In this document: piece after piece, positions 40,471 to 49,377 of the stretch
Numbering within the stretch: position 1 is the stretch's first letter
Layout of the letters: the number at the start of each line of letters is the position of its first letter
Origin: a virus
DNA: 64,000 nt
Strand: one strand, 5' to 3'
IMG/VR virus record: IMGVR_UViG_3300035490_000050
Span: 1-64,000 of that record
Notes under the pieces: model-generated
Told to the model about the DNA's origin: nothing
What the model saw: the letters and a program-made list of their open reading frames with translations, nothing else
Databases searched by the model: none
Position numbers and translations under genes: made by a program

Positions 40471-43400
40471 ATGAAAAGATTTCTCTTACTTTTGGCGCTT
40501 TTGTTTCCTATCGCGGCTCATACACAGACCGCTGCGTATTCGGGATTTTGCGACCAAGGGGCAACTTCGGCTACAACTTCAGGATTGAATAGCACGAATA
40601 AGCTACAGGGGATTATTCCGTACTGTACTGTGACAGTGTACTTAGACGGTGTGGGTCAGGTTTCCAGTGCATCCTATACGAGCGGAGGAACAATTACCGG
40701 AAATATTGGTCAGACTTGCAATGCAACATTTCTTGGAGGCGGTCCTAGCGGATCGGGAGTGATTGCGTTGACTGGAATAAATACAATAGCTGGAGGGACA
40801 GCATTTTCTATTACACCTCCCGGAGTAGGGATATATCCGACAGCACCAACCACAGCTACACTTACGAGCGGAACTGCCACTTGCTCAGGAACAGCTACGG
40901 TTGTTACTTCGTTAATTCCAATCAAGGCTACGATATACAAAGACGCAGCCAACACGCCGCTGACAAACCCTTACCAAACAACTGTAAACGGGCAGATTAC
41001 TTTCTTTGCAGCGACAGGAGTAGGGTACGACATTGTTAAGTCGGGTGGTATTTATCCGCTTGTTTACACAACTCCACTAACTGTTACGGATTGGATAGCG
41101 GGCGGTGGCGGCATGATCTATCCCGGAGCTAATACTATAGGTGTGGGAAATAGTGGGAATAACGCATGGCGGACTCCGACTTACGGTGACATTCTGGCTC
41201 TGTGGAGCGGGATCAAGGACGCGGAGTATTGTCTTGCTGGGGATGGGACCATGCAGCTTTGCGGCAATCTCATCTCCCTTACCACCACAGGCAACCCCGG
41301 TCCGGCAACGCTCTCTCCTACTGGTGCGCTCAATATCCCTACTGGGGTGAACTGGTTTGGATCGGGGAATGCAAATGTCGGTGGGTCGCTGCCGACAGCA
41401 TCGACAGGAAATTATAATACCGCAAGTGGACAATCCGCTCTAATTGCAGATACGACCGGCAGTTATAACACCGCCCTCGGCTATCAGTCTCTCAACGCTA
41501 ATACGACGGGTGTCACTAACACTGGAATTGGATACGAAGCCTTGCAAAATATGGTGACTGGCCAGGAAGATACTGCCGCTGGCGCTTTCACTCTGACTTT
41601 TGACACAGGCGTCGGGTTTAACACTGCCGTGGGTGAAGGAGCACTGTACAGGAATACGACTGGAGGCTACAACGTCGCCATAGGTGACAGTGCGCTTACA
41701 AACCCAACCACAGCATCGGGAAACACGGCAGTTGGGTACAACTCACTCAATGGTGTGTATGGCGGGTCGAGCGTCGGTGGTGAAAATACGGCGGTAGGTA
41801 ACGGCGCTCTCGTGGCTAACACTACAGGAACCTATAACGTCGCCATCGGAGCGATTGCCGGAAATGGAACACCTGCGCTACAAACGGGAACTTACAACAC
41901 GTACCTCGGTTCCGCCGCTACGGCTAATGCGGACGGCTATACAAACAGCACAGCCGTGGGTCACGGTGCTACAATCACCGCCAACAATCAAGTGACCTTG
42001 GGCAATAGCGCCGTTACCAGCATTACAGCACCAGGCATTGCTCCTTCCAGCGGCGGTCCTGATTGTTTGCAGATCAGTAACGCATCTACGGGCGGGCAAG
42101 TTACAACTGGCGGAACAGGCTGTGCAGTCTACTACAACGTGGTCAACTACGGGGCAGTAGCCGACAAGCAGCCGCTATCCGGGTATCTGGTAGCGAGCTT
42201 GACCGCCAGTAGCACGACACTGACTTGCTCGACCTGCGCGTTTACTACGGCAGCGGTGGGGAAGTACGTCACTTTCCAGCCTTACTTCGATGCTTTTACG
42301 CCGTTTGCTACGACGCCAGCCGTAGCTGAGATCACGGCTTATATCTCAGCCACGCAAGTGACACTTAGTAAGACAGCCGCAAACACGGGTAACTTTAGCA
42401 TTGAGTGGGGCACGGACAATGTACCGGCCTTCAATGCCTGTGCAGCCGACGCAATAGCGAAGACTCTTGGGGGAACCTGCATCATCCCGGCCGGAAACTA
42501 CCTGCTGGCGACCTATCCGTACTACATGCTTAACGACGTAAGCGACGATGGTAGTTACTCAGCCAATCCTGGTGGCTCAGGCGGAACGGTCACTTGTACG
42601 CCGTCTTCTGGATCGCTGACTAGTGGTGGCTGTGTAGTGAGCGGAGGAACGCTTTACAAGCACAGCGCGACTTTGCAAACGAGCTATGCAAGCGGCGGCG
42701 GATGCCCTGGAGTTGGGTGGGGTTATGGTCCGTGCGGGTCGGATGTAGTGGTAACAGTGACAACCAATTCCAGTGGCATCCCCACAACCGCAACGGTGGT
42801 GTATGGTGGCTTCAACATCAACTCCCCGGTAACATTCAATGTGGTTCCTCTCGGTGGCGACGGCGCTACGCTGACCGCTACGGAGACAGGCGGCACAATG
42901 AACACGCCCACCTTGACGGCTGGCGGGGATGGCTATACCGCATCCTCAACAGTGCCCTGGTACGCGATTGGCGGAGGCTGCACGGCCTATGAAGGTGTTG
43001 CGGGCGGCCCTAACCCAGTGGCTTACGGAACCGTGCCAACGAACTCCAACGGCTTTGCTTCCGGTGCAGTGACGGTGACACAGAATGCTACCGGCTGCAC
43101 ATCCAATCCGACTATTGTCACAGGACCGGCGGCTTGCAATACAGGTACACTTGGCAGTCCTGTGTGGGGACAGTGTTCCAACATAGCTCCATTGAATTTA
43201 GTTGCGCTGCCGGTTCAGGTGTTGCTGACTGCGGACGTGAATTTTAACGGAGCTTCGGGAGCGGGAGGTCCAGGAGGCGGCGTCAATCTCTATTCCGTAT
43301 GGGATGGAGTGACCGTGGACAATAACCAGCCCATCATGTTCGGCGGCACGATGCAGTACGAGGATATTGGGCAATTCTCGCTAAACAATGGATTTATGGG

Positions 43401-45216
43401 AATTGCGGCAGTCAACAATGCGAACTACACAAAGATTCACGACATCAACTTCAACACCGCTATCGGAATGTGGACAGCCGCGACCGATATTGGGTTCGTT
43501 GCGGATAACTTTGTATTCAATGGGTATGCGTCATGGATCAATGGCGGCGTCTGGTCACACCGTCTCGATTTCCCGGAAGCTAACGGGGGGTTCTTCGATG
43601 CTTTCGCAGTCAGTAACATTCTAGTCCGGGTTGCAGCCTATGGTGGGCCTGGTTCTATTTCGCAGCAACTCGACGACTGGTTCAACAACAACTTCTGGCA
43701 CGCGGAGTTTAGTGGAGCGAGCACAGACTTTCCCGAGACGTGCAAATTTCCGCAAACTGTGAATCAGCGGCAAACAAGCGCGACTTTTAACATCCCTCAA
43801 AGAGCAAACGATATGTGCTATCGTGGCATCTCTTCTCTAGGCATGGCAATTCTCACAAGGGATGCCAGGAGCACCGGCGCGGCTGAGTTCAACAATCTGC
43901 AAGTAAAGGGCGGCAGCAGATATATCTTCTATGGCAGTATCGGCGCAATGCGTATGACAAACCTCGGCGGCGAGGGTCTGACCCCCATTACGGGGACAAG
44001 TGACCCATACCGCAGCGCCACAACGCAGGAAGGTTGGCTGGTTTATACAGGGGATGGCTCCTCTGCGCCTAGCGAGGGGCCACAAATCAACGGGATAGCA
44101 GCTACCGCAAATTCCAACGTCACGCAGACGTTGTGGGATATTAGCGGTCTACTTGTAGTCGGCACTGCGGGACTGCCGTTCGGCACCAAGTGGTACAACC
44201 TTTCCAATAGCAACACGAATACGAGTCAGACGAGCCAGAATCCCGACTTCAACGATCTTATCTCTTTCTACGGAGGGGCTGAGATGGGAGGGCCGACGCC
44301 GGTTAACTCAACCTCTCCCCCGCTCTACTTCGACGCCTATTACACTAACGCTCTACACAGAGTGGGAGCAGTCGTTGGGGAGATGGGTGGTATGGAGTTC
44401 ATGGACCCGACACTCACAACAGACTGGCTGGATGTGCTAGGCACAGGAGTAACGTTCCACGTTCCTGTGAGTGGCATTACGAGTGTCAACGGTCTGCCGA
44501 TGGGTGTTTATAACACGTACACTTACAACATCGGTGGAGCTATTCCGGGGACTTCCACCGGCCAGTACAATACTGCGAGCGGCTACGGTTCCTTAGTGGC
44601 GCTGACTTCGGGAACCAATAACGTCGCATATGGCGCAGAGACGCTAACAACCAACACTACTACCGGCAGTTATAACGCCGCTTTTGGCACGGGAGCTTTG
44701 CAGTTCACAAACGGAAACTACAATACGGGCATCGGTCAGACCGCCTTGGAGTACAACACCAGCGGCACGAACAACACAGCGGTCGGCGCGCTGGCGAGCG
44801 ATTCCAGGAGTTACCTGTCCGGCTGCTCGTTCTTTGGATACAACTCGCAAGCCTCCGCCGACAGCTTATCTGACTGTATGGCGCTCGGAGCGAACTCGAC
44901 TGTAGGAGCAAGCCATCAAGTAGTAATAGGAGCAAGCACGATTACAAGCACGATACTGCAAGGAGCCGTGCAGATTAACGGCACAATCAATGTGGCAACG
45001 GCGCGAAAGGGAACTTTTGTCTGCACTAGCGGGGGCAGCATCGTAGTTTCAAACGCAAACTATTTGGCAACCTCGGATGTAGTGATTACAAACAATTCTC
45101 CTGGGGGAACTGTGTCTTGGGCCCCAAACATCAAAGCATCCACTCCTGGCACCAGCTTTACTGTCATTTGTGCGACTAGCGACACTAGTACGTACAACTA
45201 TGACATTTTGAATTGA
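40471..45216 (+). CDS. Tail fibre/tailspike (1581 aa) with NTAxGxxAL repeats and pectate-lyase-like beta-helix entry motifs
   Basis: Two blocks of about 14-aa NTAxG repeats; YNVVNYGAVAD...GTDNVPAFNAC...IPAGNYL; N-terminal signal-peptide-like stretch. Confidence 0.75.
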   Translation: MKRFLLLLALLFPIAAHTQTAAYSGFCDQGATSATTSGLNSTNKLQGIIPYCTVTVYLDGVGQVSSASYTSGGTITGNIGQTCNATFLGGGPSGSGVIALTGINTIAGGTAFSITPPGVGIYPTAPTTATLTSGTATCSGTATVVTSLIPIKATIYKDAANTPLTNPYQTTVNGQITFFAATGVGYDIVKSGGIYPLVYTTPLTVTDWIAGGGGMIYPGANTIGVGNSGNNAWRTPTYGDILALWSGIKDAEYCLAGDGTMQLCGNLISLTTTGNPGPATLSPTGALNIPTGVNWFGSGNANVGGSLPTASTGNYNTASGQSALIADTTGSYNTALGYQSLNANTTGVTNTGIGYEALQNMVTGQEDTAAGAFTLTFDTGVGFNTAVGEGALYRNTTGGYNVAIGDSALTNPTTASGNTAVGYNSLNGVYGGSSVGGENTAVGNGALVANTTGTYNVAIGAIAGNGTPALQTGTYNTYLGSAATANADGYTNSTAVGHGATITANNQVTLGNSAVTSITAPGIAPSSGGPDCLQISNASTGGQVTTGGTGCAVYYNVVNYGAVADKQPLSGYLVASLTASSTTLTCSTCAFTTAAVGKYVTFQPYFDAFTPFATTPAVAEITAYISATQVTLSKTAANTGNFSIEWGTDNVPAFNACAADAIAKTLGGTCIIPAGNYLLATYPYYMLNDVSDDGSYSANPGGSGGTVTCTPSSGSLTSGGCVVSGGTLYKHSATLQTSYASGGGCPGVGWGYGPCGSDVVVTVTTNSSGIPTTATVVYGGFNINSPVTFNVVPLGGDGATLTATETGGTMNTPTLTAGGDGYTASSTVPWYAIGGGCTAYEGVAGGPNPVAYGTVPTNSNGFASGAVTVTQNATGCTSNPTIVTGPAACNTGTLGSPVWGQCSNIAPLNLVALPVQVLLTADVNFNGASGAGGPGGGVNLYSVWDGVTVDNNQPIMFGGTMQYEDIGQFSLNNGFMGIAAVNNANYTKIHDINFNTAIGMWTAATDIGFVADNFVFNGYASWINGGVWSHRLDFPEANGGFFDAFAVSNILVRVAAYGGPGSISQQLDDWFNNNFWHAEFSGASTDFPETCKFPQTVNQRQTSATFNIPQRANDMCYRGISSLGMAILTRDARSTGAAEFNNLQVKGGSRYIFYGSIGAMRMTNLGGEGLTPITGTSDPYRSATTQEGWLVYTGDGSSAPSEGPQINGIAATANSNVTQTLWDISGLLVVGTAGLPFGTKWYNLSNSNTNTSQTSQNPDFNDLISFYGGAEMGGPTPVNSTSPPLYFDAYYTNALHRVGAVVGEMGGMEFMDPTLTTDWLDVLGTGVTFHVPVSGITSVNGLPMGVYNTYTYNIGGAIPGTSTGQYNTASGYGSLVALTSGTNNVAYGAETLTTNTTTGSYNAAFGTGALQFTNGNYNTGIGQTALEYNTSGTNNTAVGALASDSRSYLSGCSFFGYNSQASADSLSDCMALGANSTVGASHQVVIGASTITSTILQGAVQINGTINVATARKGTFVCTSGGSIVVSNANYLATSDVVITNNSPGGTVSWAPNIKASTPGTSFTVICATSDTSTYNYDILN

Positions 45217-45303
45217 GCATAACCGCAGCGCCGCGCATCGCTGGCTTCCCAGTAATCGGAAGGGCCGGGACGAGCAAGGCAAACTGAAAACTGGGGTGAA
45301 GGA

Positions 45304-45810
45304 ATGGAGTCACACGCTGACACCGAAACACAGCGCCAGCATGTTAACCGAATTGAGCGCATGGAGGAGCATGTTGGCACATTGGAGACGAAGATGGAAC
45401 GGGTGATTGAGCGTCAGAATACTGTCTGGTCTGATCTATACGGAGGGGCAGGAGAAACGGGGATAGTAGATACCGTAAAAGCCTCTTTTATTAAATCAGC
45501 AACGATTGCCGAAGTGTCAGAGGCATCGGCAAAAAGGCGGCATAATACAATCCTCATTTTGCTTGCCATTCTCTCGTTGCTTGTTGCGATCGCCGCACTT
45601 CCTCAAGTCGTCAAACTCTTTCATGCCATCACCGACAATGCTCCACAATTATTCACCCCGCAAGGTTTTCACAAAGTGATTGACGCGGCAACGATACCCC
45701 CTGAAGGGCTTACGCGCCGGAAGGATGAACCAGTGTACGCAACCAAGCAATCTACGCAGGACGCCGGAGGATTCAACGCCACTACAATGTGGCAGAAGGA
45801 GAACCAATGA
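45304..45810 (+). CDS. Coiled-coil plus single-TM protein (holin/antiholin-like)
   Basis: RIERMEEHVGTLE coil; TM ILILLAILSLLVAIAAL. Confidence 0.55.
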   Translation: MESHADTETQRQHVNRIERMEEHVGTLETKMERVIERQNTVWSDLYGGAGETGIVDTVKASFIKSATIAEVSEASAKRRHNTILILLAILSLLVAIAALPQVVKLFHAITDNAPQLFTPQGFHKVIDAATIPPEGLTRRKDEPVYATKQSTQDAGGFNATTMWQKENQ

Positions 45811-46073
45811 CAGAGCCTATCGTACCGCCGCGCCCGTGGGACCCGCCAGGGCCGATACAGTGCGTCCATTGCGGCGCGAAGCTCAAGGGTACAAAGGTTT
45901 GCCCGAAGTGCGGTAAGAAGCAGGTTCCCGTGGCCGACTTCTCTGTGCAGCAAATCGCGGCAGGGCTGGAGATTCCGAACAACCCCAGCCGTCTGAGCAT
46001 GGTTGCGGAGATTGGCGACCGGGCGCTGGCGAAGGCAGTCGAGGCCAAGCGCGGGCTGAAACCGATCATCTAG
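45807..46073 (+). CDS. Zn-ribbon protein
   Basis: CVHCGAKL...CPKCG; AGGAG RBS. Confidence 0.65.
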   Translation: MTEPIVPPRPWDPPGPIQCVHCGAKLKGTKVCPKCGKKQVPVADFSVQQIAAGLEIPNNPSRLSMVAEIGDRALAKAVEAKRGLKPII

Positions 46074-46101
46074 GCGCGCGCAGAAATAGTTTCGCAACCC
46101 C

Positions 46102-46136
46102 TTGACAAGGCGCTGACGTAGGGTACATTATGTACC
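46102..46136 (+). promoter_or_regulatory. Promoter with palindromic operator over the -10
   Basis: TTGACA-16 nt-TACATT; GGTACAT-T-ATGTACC at 46122-46136. Confidence 0.65.
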
Positions 46137-46137
46137 T

Positions 46138-46272
46138 ATGAGTACCAAGGTTGTCAGATTCGAGCCGGAACTTCACGCCAGAATGAAGGCGCGGGCGGCT
46201 GTCTGCCAGATGACCATCAAGGGCTGGTTGAAGGCGCTGATCGAGGTCGAACTCAAGCGGGAGCCGAAATGA
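46138..46272 (+). CDS. Ribbon-helix-helix (Arc/HicB-like) DNA-binding microprotein (44 aa, not in ORF track)
   Basis: MSTKVVRFEPELHARMKARAAVCQMTIKGWLKALIEVELKREPK. Confidence 0.7.
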   Translation: MSTKVVRFEPELHARMKARAAVCQMTIKGWLKALIEVELKREPK

Positions 46273-46487
46273 GCGTCTGTTACATTGCCGCCCCGTTCAT
46301 TCCTTGGTGGGATGAGGCTGAAACAGGACCAGCCCCATTATGTGAAAGATGCGGGGCCGCGATGGTGCGTTTCCCAACACCTACAGACGCACTTCCAGAG
46401 AACACGCCTCCATTGGGTTGGCGTCCTGGCTGGAAATGCCTCTCTTGCGATAATTACCGCGGCGACGAACTCACGGAGCCGCGATGA
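46269..46487 (+). CDS. Zn-ribbon protein
   Basis: CERCGAAM...WKCLSC. Confidence 0.55.
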   Translation: MSVCYIAAPFIPWWDEAETGPAPLCERCGAAMVRFPTPTDALPENTPPLGWRPGWKCLSCDNYRGDELTEPR

Positions 46488-46515
46488 TGCCTGTCGAGCG
46501 CGGGAAGGAGCCGAA

Positions 46516-46644
46516 ATGAGCCTGACCTTTTGCATTGTCGGTATCGCGCTGGGCTTTGCGCTTATCATAGCGGGCCTATTTGCAGCCTTTATAGGCGTGG
46601 GAATGCTCCTGGCATGGGCGGAGCGGAAGGAGAACGGAAGATGA
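46516..46644 (+). CDS. Small membrane peptide
   Basis: AAGGAG RBS; single long hydrophobic stretch. Confidence 0.55.
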   Translation: MSLTFCIVGIALGFALIIAGLFAAFIGVGMLLAWAERKENGR

Positions 46645-46934
46645 ACTATCTGAGCGCGTGGTTTAAGGCGCACAACTGGAGTACGCACAGCATCGCCGTG
46701 GTGCTGGCCGGACTTGCAACTTTGATTGTTACGGACCCTCAGGCAAAGGCATTCGTGCTGCAATTCTTCAAAAACAACCCTGACCTGGGTACGGCCATCG
46801 TGACGCTGGCGGGCATCTATGTGACCTACAAGACTTCGCACAGCCCCGCCGGAATCGTGGCAGCATCGAAGGCTATCATGTCCAACGGCAACGCCCCCAC
46901 CGCCGCGCAGATAGACGCGGCCACAACGAAGTAA
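46641..46934 (+). CDS. Putative holin
   Basis: Two TM segments, about 97 aa, upstream of the endolysin. Confidence 0.6.
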   Translation: MNYLSAWFKAHNWSTHSIAVVLAGLATLIVTDPQAKAFVLQFFKNNPDLGTAIVTLAGIYVTYKTSHSPAGIVAASKAIMSNGNAPTAAQIDAATTK

Positions 46935-46961
46935 CCCGCGCTCCGGCGCAAGGAGAACACC

Positions 46962-47561
46962 ATGAAGTATTATGTCTACGCACCGATCATCGCAGTGTTA
47001 TGTGCGCTGATGATCGTTCCCATAACCGCGTGTTCGCCGTCGCAAGCGAATATCAACAAAGCCGTCACTGACATTGGAAACGTGATGGGGATTGTCAACA
47101 CTTCCCTGACCGCTCTCCAGGCTGACATCGCTCTGTTCCCCGCAAACGACCAAACGGTGATTGGGCCTTACGTCTCCAAGGGAATCACGGACAGTGCAGC
47201 GGTCAAGTCTTTGTGTGCAACCTACCTAGCGGCTCCGAGTGCGAGCGTGTTGAGTCAAATCTCTGCCACGTTCTCATCTTTAGCGGCTGATGGAGCATCG
47301 GCAACATTGAGCATTCTGCAAATCAAAGACCCCAATTCGCAGCAGATCGCCAGGGGCATCATAGCCGCTATCGCTACCGCATTAGCTATTGCCAGCGTTT
47401 ATCTGGCTAATACGGGCGTAGCAACTCCGGCCTCGACCACAGCTTCGATTGAGACTATGAAGCCATTTGTAGACCGCGCACAGTTGGCAAATGAACTCCA
47501 GAGAGCGAAGAATCAGGGACTCGCGCCACAGAGCTACACGCTGGCACAGGCTGGATTTTAA
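46962..47561 (+). CDS. Lipoprotein, possible spanin
   Basis: Signal peptide with ITAC lipobox; second hydrophobic helix GIIAAIATALAIASVYLA. Confidence 0.55.
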   Translation: MKYYVYAPIIAVLCALMIVPITACSPSQANINKAVTDIGNVMGIVNTSLTALQADIALFPANDQTVIGPYVSKGITDSAAVKSLCATYLAAPSASVLSQISATFSSLAADGASATLSILQIKDPNSQQIARGIIAAIATALAIASVYLANTGVATPASTTASIETMKPFVDRAQLANELQRAKNQGLAPQSYTLAQAGF

Positions 47562-47597
47562 TGGCGAACGCCGTCATCAAGTAGGGCGGCGGCAAGG

Positions 47598-47746
47598 TTG
47601 CGCGGCGGCGTGGATAGGACACGCGGTGAAGACCAGACCGAGGCGCATTGGAACTGCCCACGTGGTGAGCTTTCATACAATGCGCAGCGGCGTAATCTAG
47701 GCCAAAAGCCAAAGGCTGGAGCCGGTATCAAACCCGGCCCGCGCAA
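47598..47746 (+). ncRNA. tRNA-like structured RNA (149 nt)
   Basis: Closing stem TTGCGCGG/CCGCGCAA; D-arm-like GCGTG-GATAGGA-CACGC; GCGCATTG/CAATGCGC arm; T-arm-like GCCGG-TATCAAAC-CCGGC. Confidence 0.6.
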
Positions 47747-47835
47747 TAAGTATTTGCTTTATGTGGGAATGTTTCACACTATCCCACACAGGTTGCGCCG
47801 GTCGCGGGATGCGGAGAAACGGCGTAAGGAGACGC

Positions 47836-47934
47836 ATGACCTACAACGCGCAGTGCGCCGCGTTCGTGCTCGTGGTCGCTGGTCTGTGCTGGGCGCTCCT
47901 GCGAGCGGGCATTCAGAGAGGATGGTGGGAGTGA
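47836..47934 (+). CDS. 32-aa single-TM peptide
   Basis: AAGGAG RBS; MTYNAQCAAFVLVVAGLCWALLRAGIQRGWWE; abuts the endolysin start. Confidence 0.55.
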   Translation: MTYNAQCAAFVLVVAGLCWALLRAGIQRGWWE

Positions 47935-48447
47935 ATGGCAGATTTTTCTACTTGTTTAGCTTGGACGTTGACTTTTGAAGACCCATTGCACAAGTACGCT
48001 ACAACTCCTGATTCTCCACTCGGTTCCTATGCTATTGCCGGAATCAACTCTGCCGCATGGCCGAAGGATTTTGCTACAATTAACGCGCTAGGACCAGACT
48101 ATCGACCAGCGGCGGTGGCACAGTTCTATCAAGAAGAATTTTGGAATCAATGGTTTGAGCAATTGACATCAGATGATGTTGCTAAACGTGTCTTTGATGA
48201 AGGAGTAAACGACGGGACTGGACCAGATGTAAAGATTTTCCAGAGAGCGATAAATTCTCTTAGAGGTACGCTTGTTGTCGATGGTCAATTAGGACCGGCT
48301 ACGATGGCGGCTGCAAATAATCTTCCTTCGGATGCTCTTGTAGCCGCGTTTAAGGCAGGGCGAGTGGCTCACTACCAAGCCATTGTTGCCGCCAACCCTG
48401 CGGATGAAAAATATTTAACAGGGTGGCTTGCACGAGCTAATATGTAG
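47935..48447 (+). CDS. Endolysin, glycoside hydrolase family 108 with PG_binding_3-like C-terminus
   Basis: FSTCLAWTLTFE..., FYQEEFW, VFDEGVNDG, VDGQLGPAT, YLTGWLAR. Confidence 0.82.
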   Translation: MADFSTCLAWTLTFEDPLHKYATTPDSPLGSYAIAGINSAAWPKDFATINALGPDYRPAAVAQFYQEEFWNQWFEQLTSDDVAKRVFDEGVNDGTGPDVKIFQRAINSLRGTLVVDGQLGPATMAAANNLPSDALVAAFKAGRVAHYQAIVAANPADEKYLTGWLARANM

Positions 48448-48455
48448 GTTAGAAT
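48428..48455 (+). promoter_or_regulatory. Candidate promoter
   Basis: TTGCAC-16 nt-TAGAAT. Confidence 0.4.
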
Positions 48456-48476
48456 GTAGACAACGGTCCACCGGGA

Positions 48477-48505
48477 GAGGGGCAGGCTTCGGCTTGCCCC
48501 TTTTT
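48477..48505 (+). terminator. Intrinsic terminator
   Basis: GAGGGGCAGGC-TTCG-GCTTGCCCC-TTTTT. Confidence 0.8.
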
Positions 48506-48522
48506 GCGTGTAGGATGATGAT

Positions 48523-48693
48523 GTGCCGACAGAACACTTCAAAGACGAGGAATCGTACCGGAAATCAAGAGCATACACTCATATTCACGGAATCAAAACA
48601 AACGCAAAGTACGTCGTAGTTGGCGGCAAGAAGCACAAGGTTAAGCACAGCAAAAAGAAGTCGGCGCACAAGAAAGTTTCCGCAAAGCGATAA
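48523..48693 (+). CDS. Basic microprotein E (56 aa)
   Basis: GTG start after AGGA; ...GGKKHKVKHSKKKSAHKKVSAKR. Confidence 0.7.
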   Translation: MPTEHFKDEESYRKSRAYTHIHGIKTNAKYVVVGGKKHKVKHSKKKSAHKKVSAKR

Positions 48694-48703
48694 GGAGAAA
48701 CCA

Positions 48704-48994
48704 ATGGCAGACGCGACAGACGATTTGATTGACGCAGCATCATTAGGACCGCTGCGTAGGAAGCTAACTGAGTACAACGATAAGATCGACAACGCTTCCG
48801 ACAAGGTTCGGGACGCTTGGAGAGGCAGTCCGTTGAAGAGAGCCATCGATTCCGCTTCCGATGCTTATACGAAGTACACAAGCGGAAACAAGAAAAAAGT
48901 TGCGGGTGGAGATCAGTCGTCAGGATACACCGCGAAGAGTACTCCTCCCAAAAAGAAGACTCCGCAACGCAAGAGGGTGGCGACTAAGAGGTGA
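48704..48994 (+). CDS. Protein F with basic C-terminal tail
   Basis: AAGGAG RBS; ends PKKKTPQRKRVATKR. Confidence 0.75.
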   Translation: MADATDDLIDAASLGPLRRKLTEYNDKIDNASDKVRDAWRGSPLKRAIDSASDAYTKYTSGNKKKVAGGDQSSGYTAKSTPPKKKTPQRKRVATKR

Positions 48995-48997
48995 GCG

Positions 48998-49231
48998 ATG
49001 AAAAAGAAGGCTAATAAGTGGATTCAGTCTGCGGTGAAGCATGAAGGTTCTCTAACCGCTGCTTCTAAACGTCACGGCGTCTCTGTTCTCTCTGAAGCAA
49101 AGAAAGAGGCACATTCTCCCAATAAAAAGATTGCTGCTAGAGGACGTTTAGCATTGCGCTTCAAGGGTAAAGCCAAGCACGGAAACATCAAAAAGCATCA
49201 CACTAAGAAAAGAGTGGCTGGCAAGGCATGA
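48998..49231 (+). CDS. Basic protein G (77 aa)
   Basis: GAGG RBS; KWIQSAVKHEGSL...ARGRLALRF; ends KKRVAGKA. Confidence 0.75.
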   Translation: MKKKANKWIQSAVKHEGSLTAASKRHGVSVLSEAKKEAHSPNKKIAARGRLALRFKGKAKHGNIKKHHTKKRVAGKA

Positions 49232-49377
49232 GTGAAGTAGACAGTGCGAATCTTGAATTCGTCAGGAAACGCAATGGAGGGAAAAAGGTTGCGTGTGCTG
49301 GAGTACCGAAGTCGGTAGGAAGGAAAACAGGGAGAGGAAAATCCAAGCGGAGGAAGATTTCAAATGGCAAAACGTAA
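49228..49377 (+). CDS. Basic microprotein H (49 aa)
   Basis: ATGA overlap; ends GRGKSKRRKISNGKT. Confidence 0.6.
   Translation: MSEVDSANLEFVRKRNGGKKVACAGVPKSVGRKTGRGKSKRRKISNGKT

Noticed and set aside
47598-47746. Canonical tRNA or tmRNA
   Set aside because: No 7-nt anticodon loop, non-canonical T-loop, no CCA; too short and no tag ORF for tmRNA
47598-47978. 126-aa ORF over the tRNA-like element
   Set aside because: TTG start, Arg-rich shadow-like sequence; overlaps a better 32-aa ORF and the endolysin start; the RNA structure explains the region better
48620-48703. Basic N-terminal extension of ORF 48620-48994
   Set aside because: It is an alternative frame of microprotein E; ATG 48704 has a clear AAGGAG RBS
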